A DNA stretch of 64,000 nucleotides from an uncultured virus (IMG/VR IMGVR_UViG_3300020042_009962) (taxonomy: Duplodnaviria; Heunggongvirae; Uroviricota; Caudoviricetes). This document shows, one piece after another, positions 1 through 9,869 of the stretch (position 1 is its first letter; the number at the start of each line of letters is the position of its first letter). The position numbers and the translations under genes are program-made. The stretch lies in IMG/VR virus record IMGVR_UViG_3300020042_009962. One strand, written 5' to 3'. Under the pieces are notes generated by a model. It worked only from the letters and a program-made list of their open reading frames with translations, was not told where the DNA came from and searched no databases.

Positions 1-132
1 ATTTTCAGCATGAATAATAAAAGGAGCATCTTTATAATAAGAATTCTTTCTTACAGATTCTACTGCTAGTTTAAGGTAAGGTAGGTTGTTATACGTTGAT
101 ATGCAGTGTGTTAAGGCACTAGAGTGTGTCAT
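1..132 (-). pseudogene. N-terminal part of a family-2 glycosyltransferase, on the minus strand, running off the window start
   Basis: Reverse complement of 132..1 reads MTHSSALTHCISTYNNLPYLKLAVESVRKNSYYKDAPFIIHAEN with no stop; matches the GT2 N-terminus of 9866..11041 (IIPSYNNLRHLK). Not in the ORF track. Confidence 0.8.
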
Positions 133-158
133 AAGATGTTTAATCATTACCTAATTTA

Positions 159-662
159 TTGAAAAAGTTATGGGTAAATTCTCATAGAGTGGAGCCGGAT
201 ATGTTTGGATCACCTCAAAGACCTGGAACTATTATAGTCGATAAGGATATGTTCGGAGCATACCATAGCAATTTTCAAGCACTACTATTCGAAACCTGGA
301 TTGAGGACTTAAAAGCAACAAACGAATACTTTGAAATTCCTAAAGGAGAAGGAGTGTCAGGATTAGTAAAAAAATCAGTATGGGATGAAGTAGGAGGTAA
401 TGATCCTAGATTTGCTCCTACATCTTGGGATGACATGGATCTATTTCTTAGAATGCTACAACATGGAGTTAGGTTTGTACTACCATTCAGTTCAATTGTA
501 TGGCATTTTGGAGCAAGAGGTTCACATAGATTGGAAGAAAATGCTGGGATGACTTCTCAAAGACAAAGAGATGCAGAGCAAAAAAATGCTGTTAAGTGGT
601 TGGATAAGTGGAAAAAAATGCCTATATTTGATCAATACGGAATGATAAAACAATTTACATAA
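159..662 (+). pseudogene. C-terminal part of a family-2 glycosyltransferase (N-terminus missing on this strand)
   Basis: RVEP...GGNDPRFAP..WDDMDLFLR...VWHFGARGS parallels RVEP...GGHDHLFAP..NEDSDIFQR...VYHLTCRGH in 9866..11041; only a TTG start. Confidence 0.75.
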
Positions 663-664
663 TA

Positions 665-1597
665 ATGAAAATAGCATTTCATAGTAATCAATTAGGACTT
701 AGAGGTACAGAAGTGGCTTTGTATGACTATGCTCTAGGTAATGTAGAAATACTACACAATGAGTCTATAATAATATCACATGCACATTCAAATTTACAAT
801 CTCTAGATAAATTTAAAGAGAAGTTTAGAGTATACTTATATACTGATTTTTCTGAAGTAGAGGGTATAGTTGAGAAAGAAAAAGTAGACTGCGTATACTA
901 TATTAAATCTGGAGAAAATGACGGTAAGTTAGTTACTAATGCCAAAAATTTAGTACATGCTGTGTTTAAAAGTAAAGAGCCACATGGTGATATATATGCG
1001 TATGTGTCTAAGTGGCTCTCTAACGAAATGTCTAATGGAGAACTTCCCTACATACCACACATGGTAAATTTACCAATCCATAATTTAGACTACAGAGAAA
1101 CTTTTAATTTAAAAGATAAGTTTGTAGTAGGATGGTATGGTGGAAATAACTTTGATATTCCATTTGCAAAACAAGCAGTAATCGATGTTGCAAAAAATAG
1201 AAGTGATATAGAATTTTTATTTATGAATCATGATCCATTTTGTGATTTACCAAATATAAAGTTTTTACAAGGTACTCACGATATGGATGAAAAAGTTGCA
1301 TTTCTAAATACATGTAATGTAATGATTCATGGAAGACACCGTGGAGAAACCTTTGGGCTAACAGTTGCTGAATCCTCTACTATGAACAAACCAGTTATTA
1401 CATTTGCAGACTCTTTTGAGAGAAACCATATAGACATACTAGGTGATAGAGGAATATACTACACAGACTATTCTAGCTTAGTTGACATACTTATCAACAT
1501 TTCTGTTACAGATATACAAAACAGAGATTGGAACTGCTACAAAGAATTTACTCCTGAAAAAGTCATGGAGCAATTTAATAATGTATTTTTAAAGTAA
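665..1597 (+). CDS. GT-B (GT4-like) glycosyltransferase
   Basis: N-terminal RGTEV motif and C-terminal GETFGLTVAE...KPVIT (ExFG..xxE) motif. Confidence 0.75.
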   Translation: MKIAFHSNQLGLRGTEVALYDYALGNVEILHNESIIISHAHSNLQSLDKFKEKFRVYLYTDFSEVEGIVEKEKVDCVYYIKSGENDGKLVTNAKNLVHAVFKSKEPHGDIYAYVSKWLSNEMSNGELPYIPHMVNLPIHNLDYRETFNLKDKFVVGWYGGNNFDIPFAKQAVIDVAKNRSDIEFLFMNHDPFCDLPNIKFLQGTHDMDEKVAFLNTCNVMIHGRHRGETFGLTVAESSTMNKPVITFADSFERNHIDILGDRGIYYTDYSSLVDILINISVTDIQNRDWNCYKEFTPEKVMEQFNNVFLK

Positions 1598-2472
1598 TGA
1601 AAGTTTTATTTATAGGCAAAGCTGATTTACCTGACTTCCAATGTGATATGGTATTTCATGGACTAAGATCTTTATTAGGTGCCGACTGTGTTGATGCTAA
1701 CCATATGTGGTATATGTATTCTAATACAATGGAGAAGTATTGGAATTCTAGAGTTCCAAATAATGGAAAAAGCTATGGTAATGGATTTACATTGTATGGA
1801 TTACTTGACGATATAAATATTGACAGAAGTGATATTACAAACAAAATTAAAAACAAATACTACGATAAGATAGTATACGGATCTATCACAAGATGTCAAG
1901 ACTACCTTCAGGACGTATTGAATAATTACGAACAAGCCAATATCATACTAATTGATGGAGAAGACAATATTAACATCAGTCCAAATTACTTCGGTAAAGG
2001 AATCTACTTTAAACGTGAACTGACACACGAACCTATACCAGGAGTACTTAAGCCAATAAATTTCTGCATTCCTGAGCAGTTAATCCTAGACAAAGTACCT
2101 ACAAAAGCAAAAGACTACGCCAGCATAATACCAGGTGACTTATCTACGTACATATACGATAACCAAATAGACTACTATATGGACTATCAAAATTCATACT
2201 ATGGTGTAACTACCAAAAAAGGAGGATGGGATTGTCTAAGACACTATGAAATTTTAATGAACGGATGTATACCATACTTTCCAAATATAGAAGATTGTCC
2301 AAAGAACACAATGACACTATTCCCAAAGGATCTAGTACAGCAAAGTAACGCAACTCTAACAGAAAAAGGATTACCAGTAGACTACGAACACCAAGCTACC
2401 ACACTACTTACTCACACTAGAAAATATTTAACTACCACATATACAGCTAATCATATACTACATGAAAAATAA
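1597..2472 (+). CDS. putative glycosyltransferase
   Basis: IDGED and GGWDCLRHYEILMNGCIPYF motifs; position in sugar island. Confidence 0.55.
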   Translation: MKVLFIGKADLPDFQCDMVFHGLRSLLGADCVDANHMWYMYSNTMEKYWNSRVPNNGKSYGNGFTLYGLLDDINIDRSDITNKIKNKYYDKIVYGSITRCQDYLQDVLNNYEQANIILIDGEDNINISPNYFGKGIYFKRELTHEPIPGVLKPINFCIPEQLILDKVPTKAKDYASIIPGDLSTYIYDNQIDYYMDYQNSYYGVTTKKGGWDCLRHYEILMNGCIPYFPNIEDCPKNTMTLFPKDLVQQSNATLTEKGLPVDYEHQATTLLTHTRKYLTTTYTANHILHEK

Positions 2473-3265
2473 AATAGCACTATACACAAAAAGCTACTCA
2501 GGCGATTTAGACAGGCTTAAAGTCTCAATAGATTCAATTAAGACACACAATAAAGATAATATTCCATATTACGTATCGGTACCAGCATCTGAGTTGATGT
2601 TGTTTAGAAACTCAATAGACTGCTCTTATGTAAATTTAGTATCGGATGAAGAAATATACGTCGTAACTAACCAGAGTTGGATTACACAGCAGATTGTTAA
2701 AAGTAGCTTTTGGAAGTTGGGAGTGTGTGAAAATTATGTAATGCTCGATTCTGATTCATATTTCATTAAAGATTTCTACACATCAGATTTTATGTATAAT
2801 GAAAACACTCCTTATACAGTAATGCATGAACAAAAAGATCTCTTCGAGTGGACATCAAAGAATAAAGACTTACTAGGGTTTGATCCATTTACAGGATACA
2901 TAGAGGCTAGGGAACATGTAATGAACATATTCGATCGCAAAGGTCGCATATACGATTTTGGCCCAGGCCCTATTATCTGGAGTAGCAAAGTATGGCAATC
3001 TTTAGAGGATAATTATTTATTGCCTAACAATATTAAGTTTGAAGATTTAATAGCATCAATGCCTAGTGAGTTTAGTTGGTATGGCGAATACCTGTTAGTG
3101 TCAAGAGAGATTGACATAGTGCCTATAGAACCAATGTTTAAATTCTTTCACTACGCCCAACAGTATACAGATTACAAAAACAGAGGATACTTAGAAAATC
3201 ATTTTAAGCAAAACTACTTAGGTATAGTAATGCAATCGAATTGGGGAGCACCTTTAAAATACTAA
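2462..3265 (+). CDS. GT-A-like protein (DUF6492-like)
   Basis: W.TQQIVK and YVMLDSDSYF (DxD) motifs. Confidence 0.5.
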   Translation: MKNKIALYTKSYSGDLDRLKVSIDSIKTHNKDNIPYYVSVPASELMLFRNSIDCSYVNLVSDEEIYVVTNQSWITQQIVKSSFWKLGVCENYVMLDSDSYFIKDFYTSDFMYNENTPYTVMHEQKDLFEWTSKNKDLLGFDPFTGYIEAREHVMNIFDRKGRIYDFGPGPIIWSSKVWQSLEDNYLLPNNIKFEDLIASMPSEFSWYGEYLLVSREIDIVPIEPMFKFFHYAQQYTDYKNRGYLENHFKQNYLGIVMQSNWGAPLKY

Positions 3266-3270
3266 ACAAC

Positions 3271-4266
3271 GTGAGCAAGACAGTACTGATTACCGGAGTA
3301 GCCGGCCTATTAGGAAGTAGATTAGCAGATTGGATAATTGAAAACAAACCACAATACAGAGTAGTGGGTGTAGATGACCTGAGTGGGGGTTATGCGGAAA
3401 ATATTAATCCGAAAGTTGAATTCTATAAAATAGATGTTAACGATAAAAAACTACATCAGATATTCAAATCAGAACAACCAGATTATGTATTTCACTTAGC
3501 TGCATACGCTGCTGAAGGACTGTCTCCATTTATCAGGAAATACAACTATCAGAACAATCTTCTAGCAACTGCTAATATAATAAATGAATGTATAATTCAT
3601 GATGTAAAGCGTTTGGTGTTTACATCAACGTTAGCCGTTTATGGACATGGATATGGTGGTATTTTTGATGAGATACAAGTTCCCAAACCTATTGATCCCT
3701 ATGGTGTAGCAAAGTATGGATGTGAGATGGATATTCAAATCGCAGGTGAGCAACATGGGCTAGATTGGTGTATTATTAGACCTCACAATGTATATGGAAT
3801 AAAGCAGAACATTTGGGACAAGTATCGAAATGTATTAGGAATATGGATGTTCCAACACATGAATGGAGAGCCTATGGCTATCTTTGGAGATGGAGAGCAA
3901 ACTAGAGCTTTTAGTTTTATTGATGACAGCTTAGAGCCTTTATGGAATGCAGCAGTGGAACCACTAGCATCAAAACAAATAATAAACCTAGGAGGAATAG
4001 AGGAGTGTTCTATCAACGAGGCAAATAGTATACTAAGAAATATTATAGGAGGAGAGGTTGTATATAAAGAAGCTAGACACGAAGTTAAACATTCAATACC
4101 TACCTGGCAAAAATCTGTTGACATTTTAAAGTTCCAGCACAAGACAGACTTACAAGAAGGGTTACAGCAGATGTGGAATTGGGCACAGCAACAGCCAATG
4201 CGTGAAAGATTTGTATGGCCTTCCTACGAACTTGATAAAGGAATTTATAAATTTTGGAAACTTTAA
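3271..4266 (+). CDS. NAD-dependent NDP-sugar epimerase/dehydratase (extended SDR)
   Basis: TGVAGLLG Rossmann motif, YGVAK (YxxxK), RPHNVYG, GDGEQTRAF; GTG at 3271 is the likelier start than TTG 3241. Confidence 0.9.
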   Translation: MSKTVLITGVAGLLGSRLADWIIENKPQYRVVGVDDLSGGYAENINPKVEFYKIDVNDKKLHQIFKSEQPDYVFHLAAYAAEGLSPFIRKYNYQNNLLATANIINECIIHDVKRLVFTSTLAVYGHGYGGIFDEIQVPKPIDPYGVAKYGCEMDIQIAGEQHGLDWCIIRPHNVYGIKQNIWDKYRNVLGIWMFQHMNGEPMAIFGDGEQTRAFSFIDDSLEPLWNAAVEPLASKQIINLGGIEECSINEANSILRNIIGGEVVYKEARHEVKHSIPTWQKSVDILKFQHKTDLQEGLQQMWNWAQQQPMRERFVWPSYELDKGIYKFWKL

Positions 4267-4287
4267 AAAACAATAAAAATAAATAAA

Positions 4288-4986
4288 ATGAACAATACTA
4301 CAGCTATTTGCATCGTAACATATTCTAAACGATTTGACATTTTTAAACAAACACTGCAACGTATACGAGAGCAAACTGACTTACAGATATATGTTGCTGT
4401 AAATGGCGATTATGGTAAAGAGTTTGACAGCAAATATAGAACTGCTATATTAAATGAATGCTTAAAGTATGATAATGTTTATTGTAATTTTTATTTAACA
4501 TTTCGAGGGCTGTCCAAAATATGGAATGACTGTATTGTCAATTGTGCAGCAGAGCATATAATTATCACCAACGACGATATAGTAATCAAAGATGATTTCG
4601 TTAACTCATTCATATCATTCATAGACACATCAGCTACAAAAACACTTATAAGAGTGAATAGTTCCTATAGTACTTTTTATGTTAATAAACAGTATATTGA
4701 TAAGTGCGGATATTTCAATGAAAATTATTTAGGTATAGGATGGGAGGACACAGAGTTTACTCGTAGAAATATTAGTGGTGAGTACCCTTCATACAACACC
4801 GACCTATACGATAACCTTAGTAGTGAGTATAACGATCTATCAGATCAAGGTGCTAGTTTAGCATGTGTTAAGTATCACAACTATAATCGTCATATTTTTG
4901 AAACTGACGGACCTGCTACTAATACTAATTTTAGGCCATATGAAAAAGTTTATATGGAACAATTTAATAATTTTTGGAACTTTTAA
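4288..4986 (+). CDS. family-2-like glycosyltransferase
   Basis: ITNDDI, GYFNENYLGIGWEDTEF motifs. Confidence 0.7.
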   Translation: MNNTTAICIVTYSKRFDIFKQTLQRIREQTDLQIYVAVNGDYGKEFDSKYRTAILNECLKYDNVYCNFYLTFRGLSKIWNDCIVNCAAEHIIITNDDIVIKDDFVNSFISFIDTSATKTLIRVNSSYSTFYVNKQYIDKCGYFNENYLGIGWEDTEFTRRNISGEYPSYNTDLYDNLSSEYNDLSDQGASLACVKYHNYNRHIFETDGPATNTNFRPYEKVYMEQFNNFWNF

Positions 4987-4996
4987 AATTTAAAGA

Positions 4997-5713
4997 ATGA
5001 AACAAACACATATTTTTATTTGTAGCTATAATCGCTTAATTCCGCTACAACAACTAGTATCATGCTTACTTGCAAAAGGATATAATAATATTGTAATTTT
5101 AGATAATCAATCTACATATCAACCACTACTAAACTGGTACAACACATTAGAGGGAACTAACGTAGTGGTATATCACTGTAAACATAACTACGGTCCAGGA
5201 GCATTAGATAGATGTAGATTTGAAGAAGATGAATTTAGATCTCGGTATTTACATATTATTGAAAACGAGCATCATATATATACTGACAGTGACGTAGTAC
5301 CCGTAGAAGAAATACCAGATTCATTTATAGATGATATGGTAGAAATGGCAAAGCGACATAATATACTGAAATTAGGTCTAAGTTTAAAAATTGATGACTT
5401 ACCTGACCATTTTGCATTCAAGCAGCAAGTTATTGCACATGAAGGAATTTTCTTCCTTAGAGGTCATATTGCTGACGAGAAGTGTGATATTTTCAATGCT
5501 CCTGTAGACACTACCTTTGCACTGAATGCACCTGGTCTTAATTGTGGTTTGCATTGGGAGAGAGCAGGACGTACTGGCGGATTATATTTTGCAAGACATG
5601 CACCGTGGTATTACGATACCGACAACTTACCTGAGGATGAAAAATACTATTATCAAAATATTACTCAAATCAGTCATTGGAGTAATTTAATTAAACAACA
5701 CACTAACTTATGA
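4997..5713 (+). CDS. family-2-like glycosyltransferase
   Basis: ICSYNR, ILDNQST, YTDSDV (DxD), APVDTTFAL. Confidence 0.75.
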   Translation: MKQTHIFICSYNRLIPLQQLVSCLLAKGYNNIVILDNQSTYQPLLNWYNTLEGTNVVVYHCKHNYGPGALDRCRFEEDEFRSRYLHIIENEHHIYTDSDVVPVEEIPDSFIDDMVEMAKRHNILKLGLSLKIDDLPDHFAFKQQVIAHEGIFFLRGHIADEKCDIFNAPVDTTFALNAPGLNCGLHWERAGRTGGLYFARHAPWYYDTDNLPEDEKYYYQNITQISHWSNLIKQHTNL

Positions 5714-6516
5714 AAACACTAAGCTATATTACTGTCAGCAAAAATGACAATTATGATCCTGATAATATTAACAAACTGGTATTGAGTATTACAAACAATG
5801 TAGTGCATTTGGTTAATAGAGGAGTTGAGGTTGAAACAATACTAGTTGATTGGGGTTCTGATAGCCCACTATACCTAGAAGAAAGAATTCAAGCTATTGA
5901 AACTCCTATAAAGCATATCGTAGTGTCGAAAGAGACTATATCTAAGGATGGTTTGAATCCTGATATATTCTACGAATACTTTGCAAAGAATGTAGGTATA
6001 CGTCAGGCAACAAAAGACTACGTCATGATCGTCAACTCAGACACATTAAACTCAGAAGAACTATGCGACTCAGTTGTAGACTTTTTATCATTTAATGTCA
6101 AAAATGTTTACGCTAGACCAACTATTAGATTGAATGGATTGTATCCTAATTTTAATGAGTACACTCATTACGATACAATTTGGGACAAGCCATACGGAGA
6201 TCTAAACCCAGGAGACTACGTAATGTTTAATAGAAGCGAATTAGTAAATATTATTCAAGGCTATGATGAATCGAATGCAGTACACCGAAATCAAAAAAGT
6301 GCACAGACGCATATGGATGTAGAAATTTTATTACAAGCCAATTATAAAAACATACGTATATTCTTTCTTAACGGATACATAACTCACATGCACCATGATA
6401 AATCAGATCGTACATATGATTCTGCTAGAAACTACCAAGGATATGTTAATAGACAAGACTGGGGATATAGCAACATAGAACCTATCAAAATCTCAAACAC
6501 CGTTTACAAATTATAA
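5710..6516 (+). CDS. GT-A fold glycosyltransferase
   Basis: ILVDWGS, AKNVGIRQA...IVNSD, GYDE motifs. Confidence 0.65.
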   Translation: MKTLSYITVSKNDNYDPDNINKLVLSITNNVVHLVNRGVEVETILVDWGSDSPLYLEERIQAIETPIKHIVVSKETISKDGLNPDIFYEYFAKNVGIRQATKDYVMIVNSDTLNSEELCDSVVDFLSFNVKNVYARPTIRLNGLYPNFNEYTHYDTIWDKPYGDLNPGDYVMFNRSELVNIIQGYDESNAVHRNQKSAQTHMDVEILLQANYKNIRIFFLNGYITHMHHDKSDRTYDSARNYQGYVNRQDWGYSNIEPIKISNTVYKL

Positions 6517-6517
6517 C

Positions 6518-7243
6518 ATGCTAATAGCAACACTTAACCACAACCTGCCTCAGTGGACAGATAGTCTAGTAAATCAGTTACAAAAAGATCCATTATTTAA
6601 ACAATGTGAATTGATTGTAGTAGACAATGGTTCAAAAATAGAACCTCTAGCTAAATCAACAACTCATCAATTAGAAGAAAATATATTCTTTGGAGGAGGA
6701 TTTAATGTAGTTTTAGATTATTTTCTTACTACTGATCACGACTACCTTTATTTTTTAAACAATGATTTAATATTTCATGGTCCTTCATTTCTAACTACTT
6801 CTCTGAGAGAGGCTAAGCAAGCAGACGCAGCAGTATACTCTCCCTCAGTTATAAATGCTTCAATGGAACAATGTCATTGGAAACAGATGTGGAACTGGGG
6901 TCAGGGACTACGAGAAGTGAAGTGGGTAGACTTTCAATGTCCTTTGATTCGCAGAGATGTGTTAGAAATAATTAAACAGTATCCAAATGAATTAATATAT
7001 GGATGGGGTCTAGATTTTTATACAGGCTGCATAACAGAGCAAAATAATCTGAAAACTATAGTATCGGACACAAATACTATTACACATATGAATTCACTAA
7101 CCTTTAAAGAAAATAAAATTAACATTGGAATAAGTGAATTTTGTGCAAATGCAGAGATAAATATGCACAACTACTTTAGGAATTCTGAAATGGAATCCTT
7201 ATATTTAAGTCTAAGACAGTACGGAGAAACTTATAAAATTTAA
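6518..7243 (+). CDS. family-2-like glycosyltransferase
   Basis: VVDNGS, FGGGFN, FLNNDL, YGWGLD. Confidence 0.75.
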   Translation: MLIATLNHNLPQWTDSLVNQLQKDPLFKQCELIVVDNGSKIEPLAKSTTHQLEENIFFGGGFNVVLDYFLTTDHDYLYFLNNDLIFHGPSFLTTSLREAKQADAAVYSPSVINASMEQCHWKQMWNWGQGLREVKWVDFQCPLIRRDVLEIIKQYPNELIYGWGLDFYTGCITEQNNLKTIVSDTNTITHMNSLTFKENKINIGISEFCANAEINMHNYFRNSEMESLYLSLRQYGETYKI

Positions 7244-7249
7244 AAAAGT

Positions 7250-8302
7250 ATGGGGAAGTTTTTAAAACAGAAGAAAGCATTAGTACTAGGAGGTGGTGGC
7301 TTTATAGGAGGTCATCTAGCAAAGCGATTAAAATCAGAAGGGTATTGGGTTAGGGTAGTGGACATAAAGCAGCACGAATACTTTACACAAGATGAAATCT
7401 GTGATGAATTTGTACTAGGAGATTTGAGAGATCCTATGTTAGTATCAAGAGTAATGTTTGCTCCTAATCAAAGTTACGAACAAAATAAAGAATTATCATT
7501 TGACGAAGTATACCAATTAGCTGCAGATATGGGAGGAGCAGGTTACATTTTTACAGGAGACAACGACGCAAACGTAATGCATAACTCAGCTCTTATAAAC
7601 TTAAATGTAGCTCACGAAGCAGTTAAGAAATCAGTTAAGAAAGTATTCTACTCTTCTTCAGCATGCATGTATCCTGAGCATAATCAGTTAGATCCAAACA
7701 ATCCAAACTGCGAAGAGTCATCAGCATACCCAGCTAATCCTGATTCAGAGTATGGATGGGAAAAACTATTTAGTGAAAGATTATTCTTAGCATTTAATCG
7801 TAACTATGGATTAGATGTTAGAGTAGCTCGTTTTCATAACATCTTTGGTCCTTACGGAACATGGAAAGGTGGCAAAGAGAAAGCACCTGCAGCAATGTGT
7901 CGTAAAGTAGCTGAGTCGTTAATGGACGATGAAATAGAAGTTTGGGGTGATGGTCAACAAACAAGATCATTTCTATACATTGACGATTGCTTAGAAGCAA
8001 TTTTGAGATTTATGAGACAAGATAAGTTTTTAGGACCTGTTAATATTGGTTCTGAAGAAATGGTTACTATTAATCAATTAGCTGAAATGGCTGTTGAAGT
8101 AGCAAACAAAAGAGCTTGTATTAACAATATTAGTGGAGATGAGTTTAAAACTAAATATGGTTTCAAATGTCCACAAGGTGTCAGAGGTAGAAACTCAGAT
8201 AACAAACTTTACAAAGAACATATGGAATGGGAACCTTCCCAGCCACTAAGAATTGGAATGGAGAAAACATATGAATGGATTAATAAACAAGTAAATAAAT
8301 GA
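7250..8302 (+). CDS. GDP-mannose 3,5-epimerase-like NAD-dependent epimerase
   Basis: GGGGFIG, QLAADMGGAGYI, YSSSACMYP, YGWEK, RFHNIFGPYGTWKGGKEKAPAAMCRK, GVRGRNSDN, all typical of the GME subfamily. Confidence 0.88.
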   Translation: MGKFLKQKKALVLGGGGFIGGHLAKRLKSEGYWVRVVDIKQHEYFTQDEICDEFVLGDLRDPMLVSRVMFAPNQSYEQNKELSFDEVYQLAADMGGAGYIFTGDNDANVMHNSALINLNVAHEAVKKSVKKVFYSSSACMYPEHNQLDPNNPNCEESSAYPANPDSEYGWEKLFSERLFLAFNRNYGLDVRVARFHNIFGPYGTWKGGKEKAPAAMCRKVAESLMDDEIEVWGDGQQTRSFLYIDDCLEAILRFMRQDKFLGPVNIGSEEMVTINQLAEMAVEVANKRACINNISGDEFKTKYGFKCPQGVRGRNSDNKLYKEHMEWEPSQPLRIGMEKTYEWINKQVNK

Positions 8303-9231
8303 AAAAATATATAGTAACTACAACAATCAATAAGCCAACAGAGGCTACATTAAAATTTGCACAAATAGCTGACAGTAAGGATTGGACTTTTGTTATAGTA
8401 GGTGATACAAAAACTCCACACGATGAGTATCATAAATTAGAACGTGATTATAAAAACGTCACATACCTAACTCCTGACCAACAGAACAAACTTTATCCAG
8501 AGCTAAGTGAGGTTATAGGATGGAAATCAATTCAACGTCGTAATATAGGATTTGTATATGTATATCACCAAGGAGCTGACATTGTAGCGACAGTTGACGA
8601 TGATAATATTCCTTATGATACTTGGGGGGATAGTGTATATGTTGGACAAGATGTTGAAGTTGATTTGTATGAAAATACATCATCAAAATACTTTGATCCA
8701 ATCTCCCCTACTAACCACAGTGATTTATGGCATCGAGGATATCCAATTGAGGATTTACCTTTCAAAAATAATATCGAATACAAAGGAAAGACAACTCGCA
8801 AAGTGTTAGTGCAAGCTGATTTTTGGGATGGTGATCCTGATATTGATGCTATTTGTCGTCTAAGTAAGAAACCTATAGTTAAGTTTGAAAAATTTGATCC
8901 ATTTTGCTCAAACCAATTAGCTCCATTCAATTCACAAAATACATTCCTAGCAAGAGAAGTACTGCCATTCTATTCTGTCCTACCACACACTGGAAGGATG
9001 GATGATATTTGGGGCAGTTACATACTCCAACACTACTTCCCAAATTCAGTTATATACAATCAAGCAACTGTATACCAGGATAGAAATGTTCAAGATTTGG
9101 TTACTAATTTAGAAAACGAAGTTATAGGATATAGAAATACTTATAAATTATTAGAAGATTTAAAAAACTATATTACATTCTTACCTGAAAAAGCAAAAGA
9201 ATTTTGGAACATTTATAAAAAACAATTTTAA
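8299..9231 (+). CDS. STELLO/DUF288-like (RGP-related) glycosyltransferase
   Basis: IVTTTINKPT, IVGDTKTP, RRNIGF, VDDDN, RGYP, DPDIDAI.R, PFNSQNT, RMDDIWG. Confidence 0.75.
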   Translation: MKKYIVTTTINKPTEATLKFAQIADSKDWTFVIVGDTKTPHDEYHKLERDYKNVTYLTPDQQNKLYPELSEVIGWKSIQRRNIGFVYVYHQGADIVATVDDDNIPYDTWGDSVYVGQDVEVDLYENTSSKYFDPISPTNHSDLWHRGYPIEDLPFKNNIEYKGKTTRKVLVQADFWDGDPDIDAICRLSKKPIVKFEKFDPFCSNQLAPFNSQNTFLAREVLPFYSVLPHTGRMDDIWGSYILQHYFPNSVIYNQATVYQDRNVQDLVTNLENEVIGYRNTYKLLEDLKNYITFLPEKAKEFWNIYKKQF

Positions 9232-9233
9232 CC

Positions 9234-9869
9234 ATGAGACCAGACATAAACCAACTAACAACTCTTTTACGAAACCAAAACTTTCAACCTACTAATTTTA
9301 TTGAAATAGGATCAAGGGATGGACATGATACTAGATACATACAATACTATTGGAATTTACAACCACAAAAATGCTACATCGTAGAAGCACATCCAGATTG
9401 CTATAGACATATACTAAGAGATTACCCTGAGTTTCAAACACTAAATATAGCAGCCAGTGATAAAACTGAAGTTACTTCTTTCAATGCTGGTATATTTGGC
9501 AAGGAAGGAAATGTAGGAATGTCATCAGTACTGCAAGGAGTATCAGAGGAGTTCATCTCAGAAAGAATAGAGATAGATGGATGGAGGATGGAGGAAGTAA
9601 TGGATCACTTACATATTGATAAGTTTGACTTTATGAAAGTAGATGTCGAGGGCTTTGCACTACAAGTGCTTAAAGGATTTGGAGACAAACTTAAACAGAC
9701 TCAGTATATTCAGGTAGAACTAGAAACCGTACAAATTTGGACAGAGCAATCTTATTACTCGGAAGTTGTAAAATATTTAGATGAGATGGGATTTAAGATA
9801 ATAGAAGATATTGATTTAGGTGGTAATGCACAAAAAGATGTTTTATTTAAAAATACTAATAATATATGA
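9234..9869 (+). CDS. FkbM-family SAM-dependent methyltransferase
   Basis: IEIGSRDG, VEAHP, MKVDVEGFALQVLKG. Confidence 0.85.
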   Translation: MRPDINQLTTLLRNQNFQPTNFIEIGSRDGHDTRYIQYYWNLQPQKCYIVEAHPDCYRHILRDYPEFQTLNIAASDKTEVTSFNAGIFGKEGNVGMSSVLQGVSEEFISERIEIDGWRMEEVMDHLHIDKFDFMKVDVEGFALQVLKGFGDKLKQTQYIQVELETVQIWTEQSYYSEVVKYLDEMGFKIIEDIDLGGNAQKDVLFKNTNNI

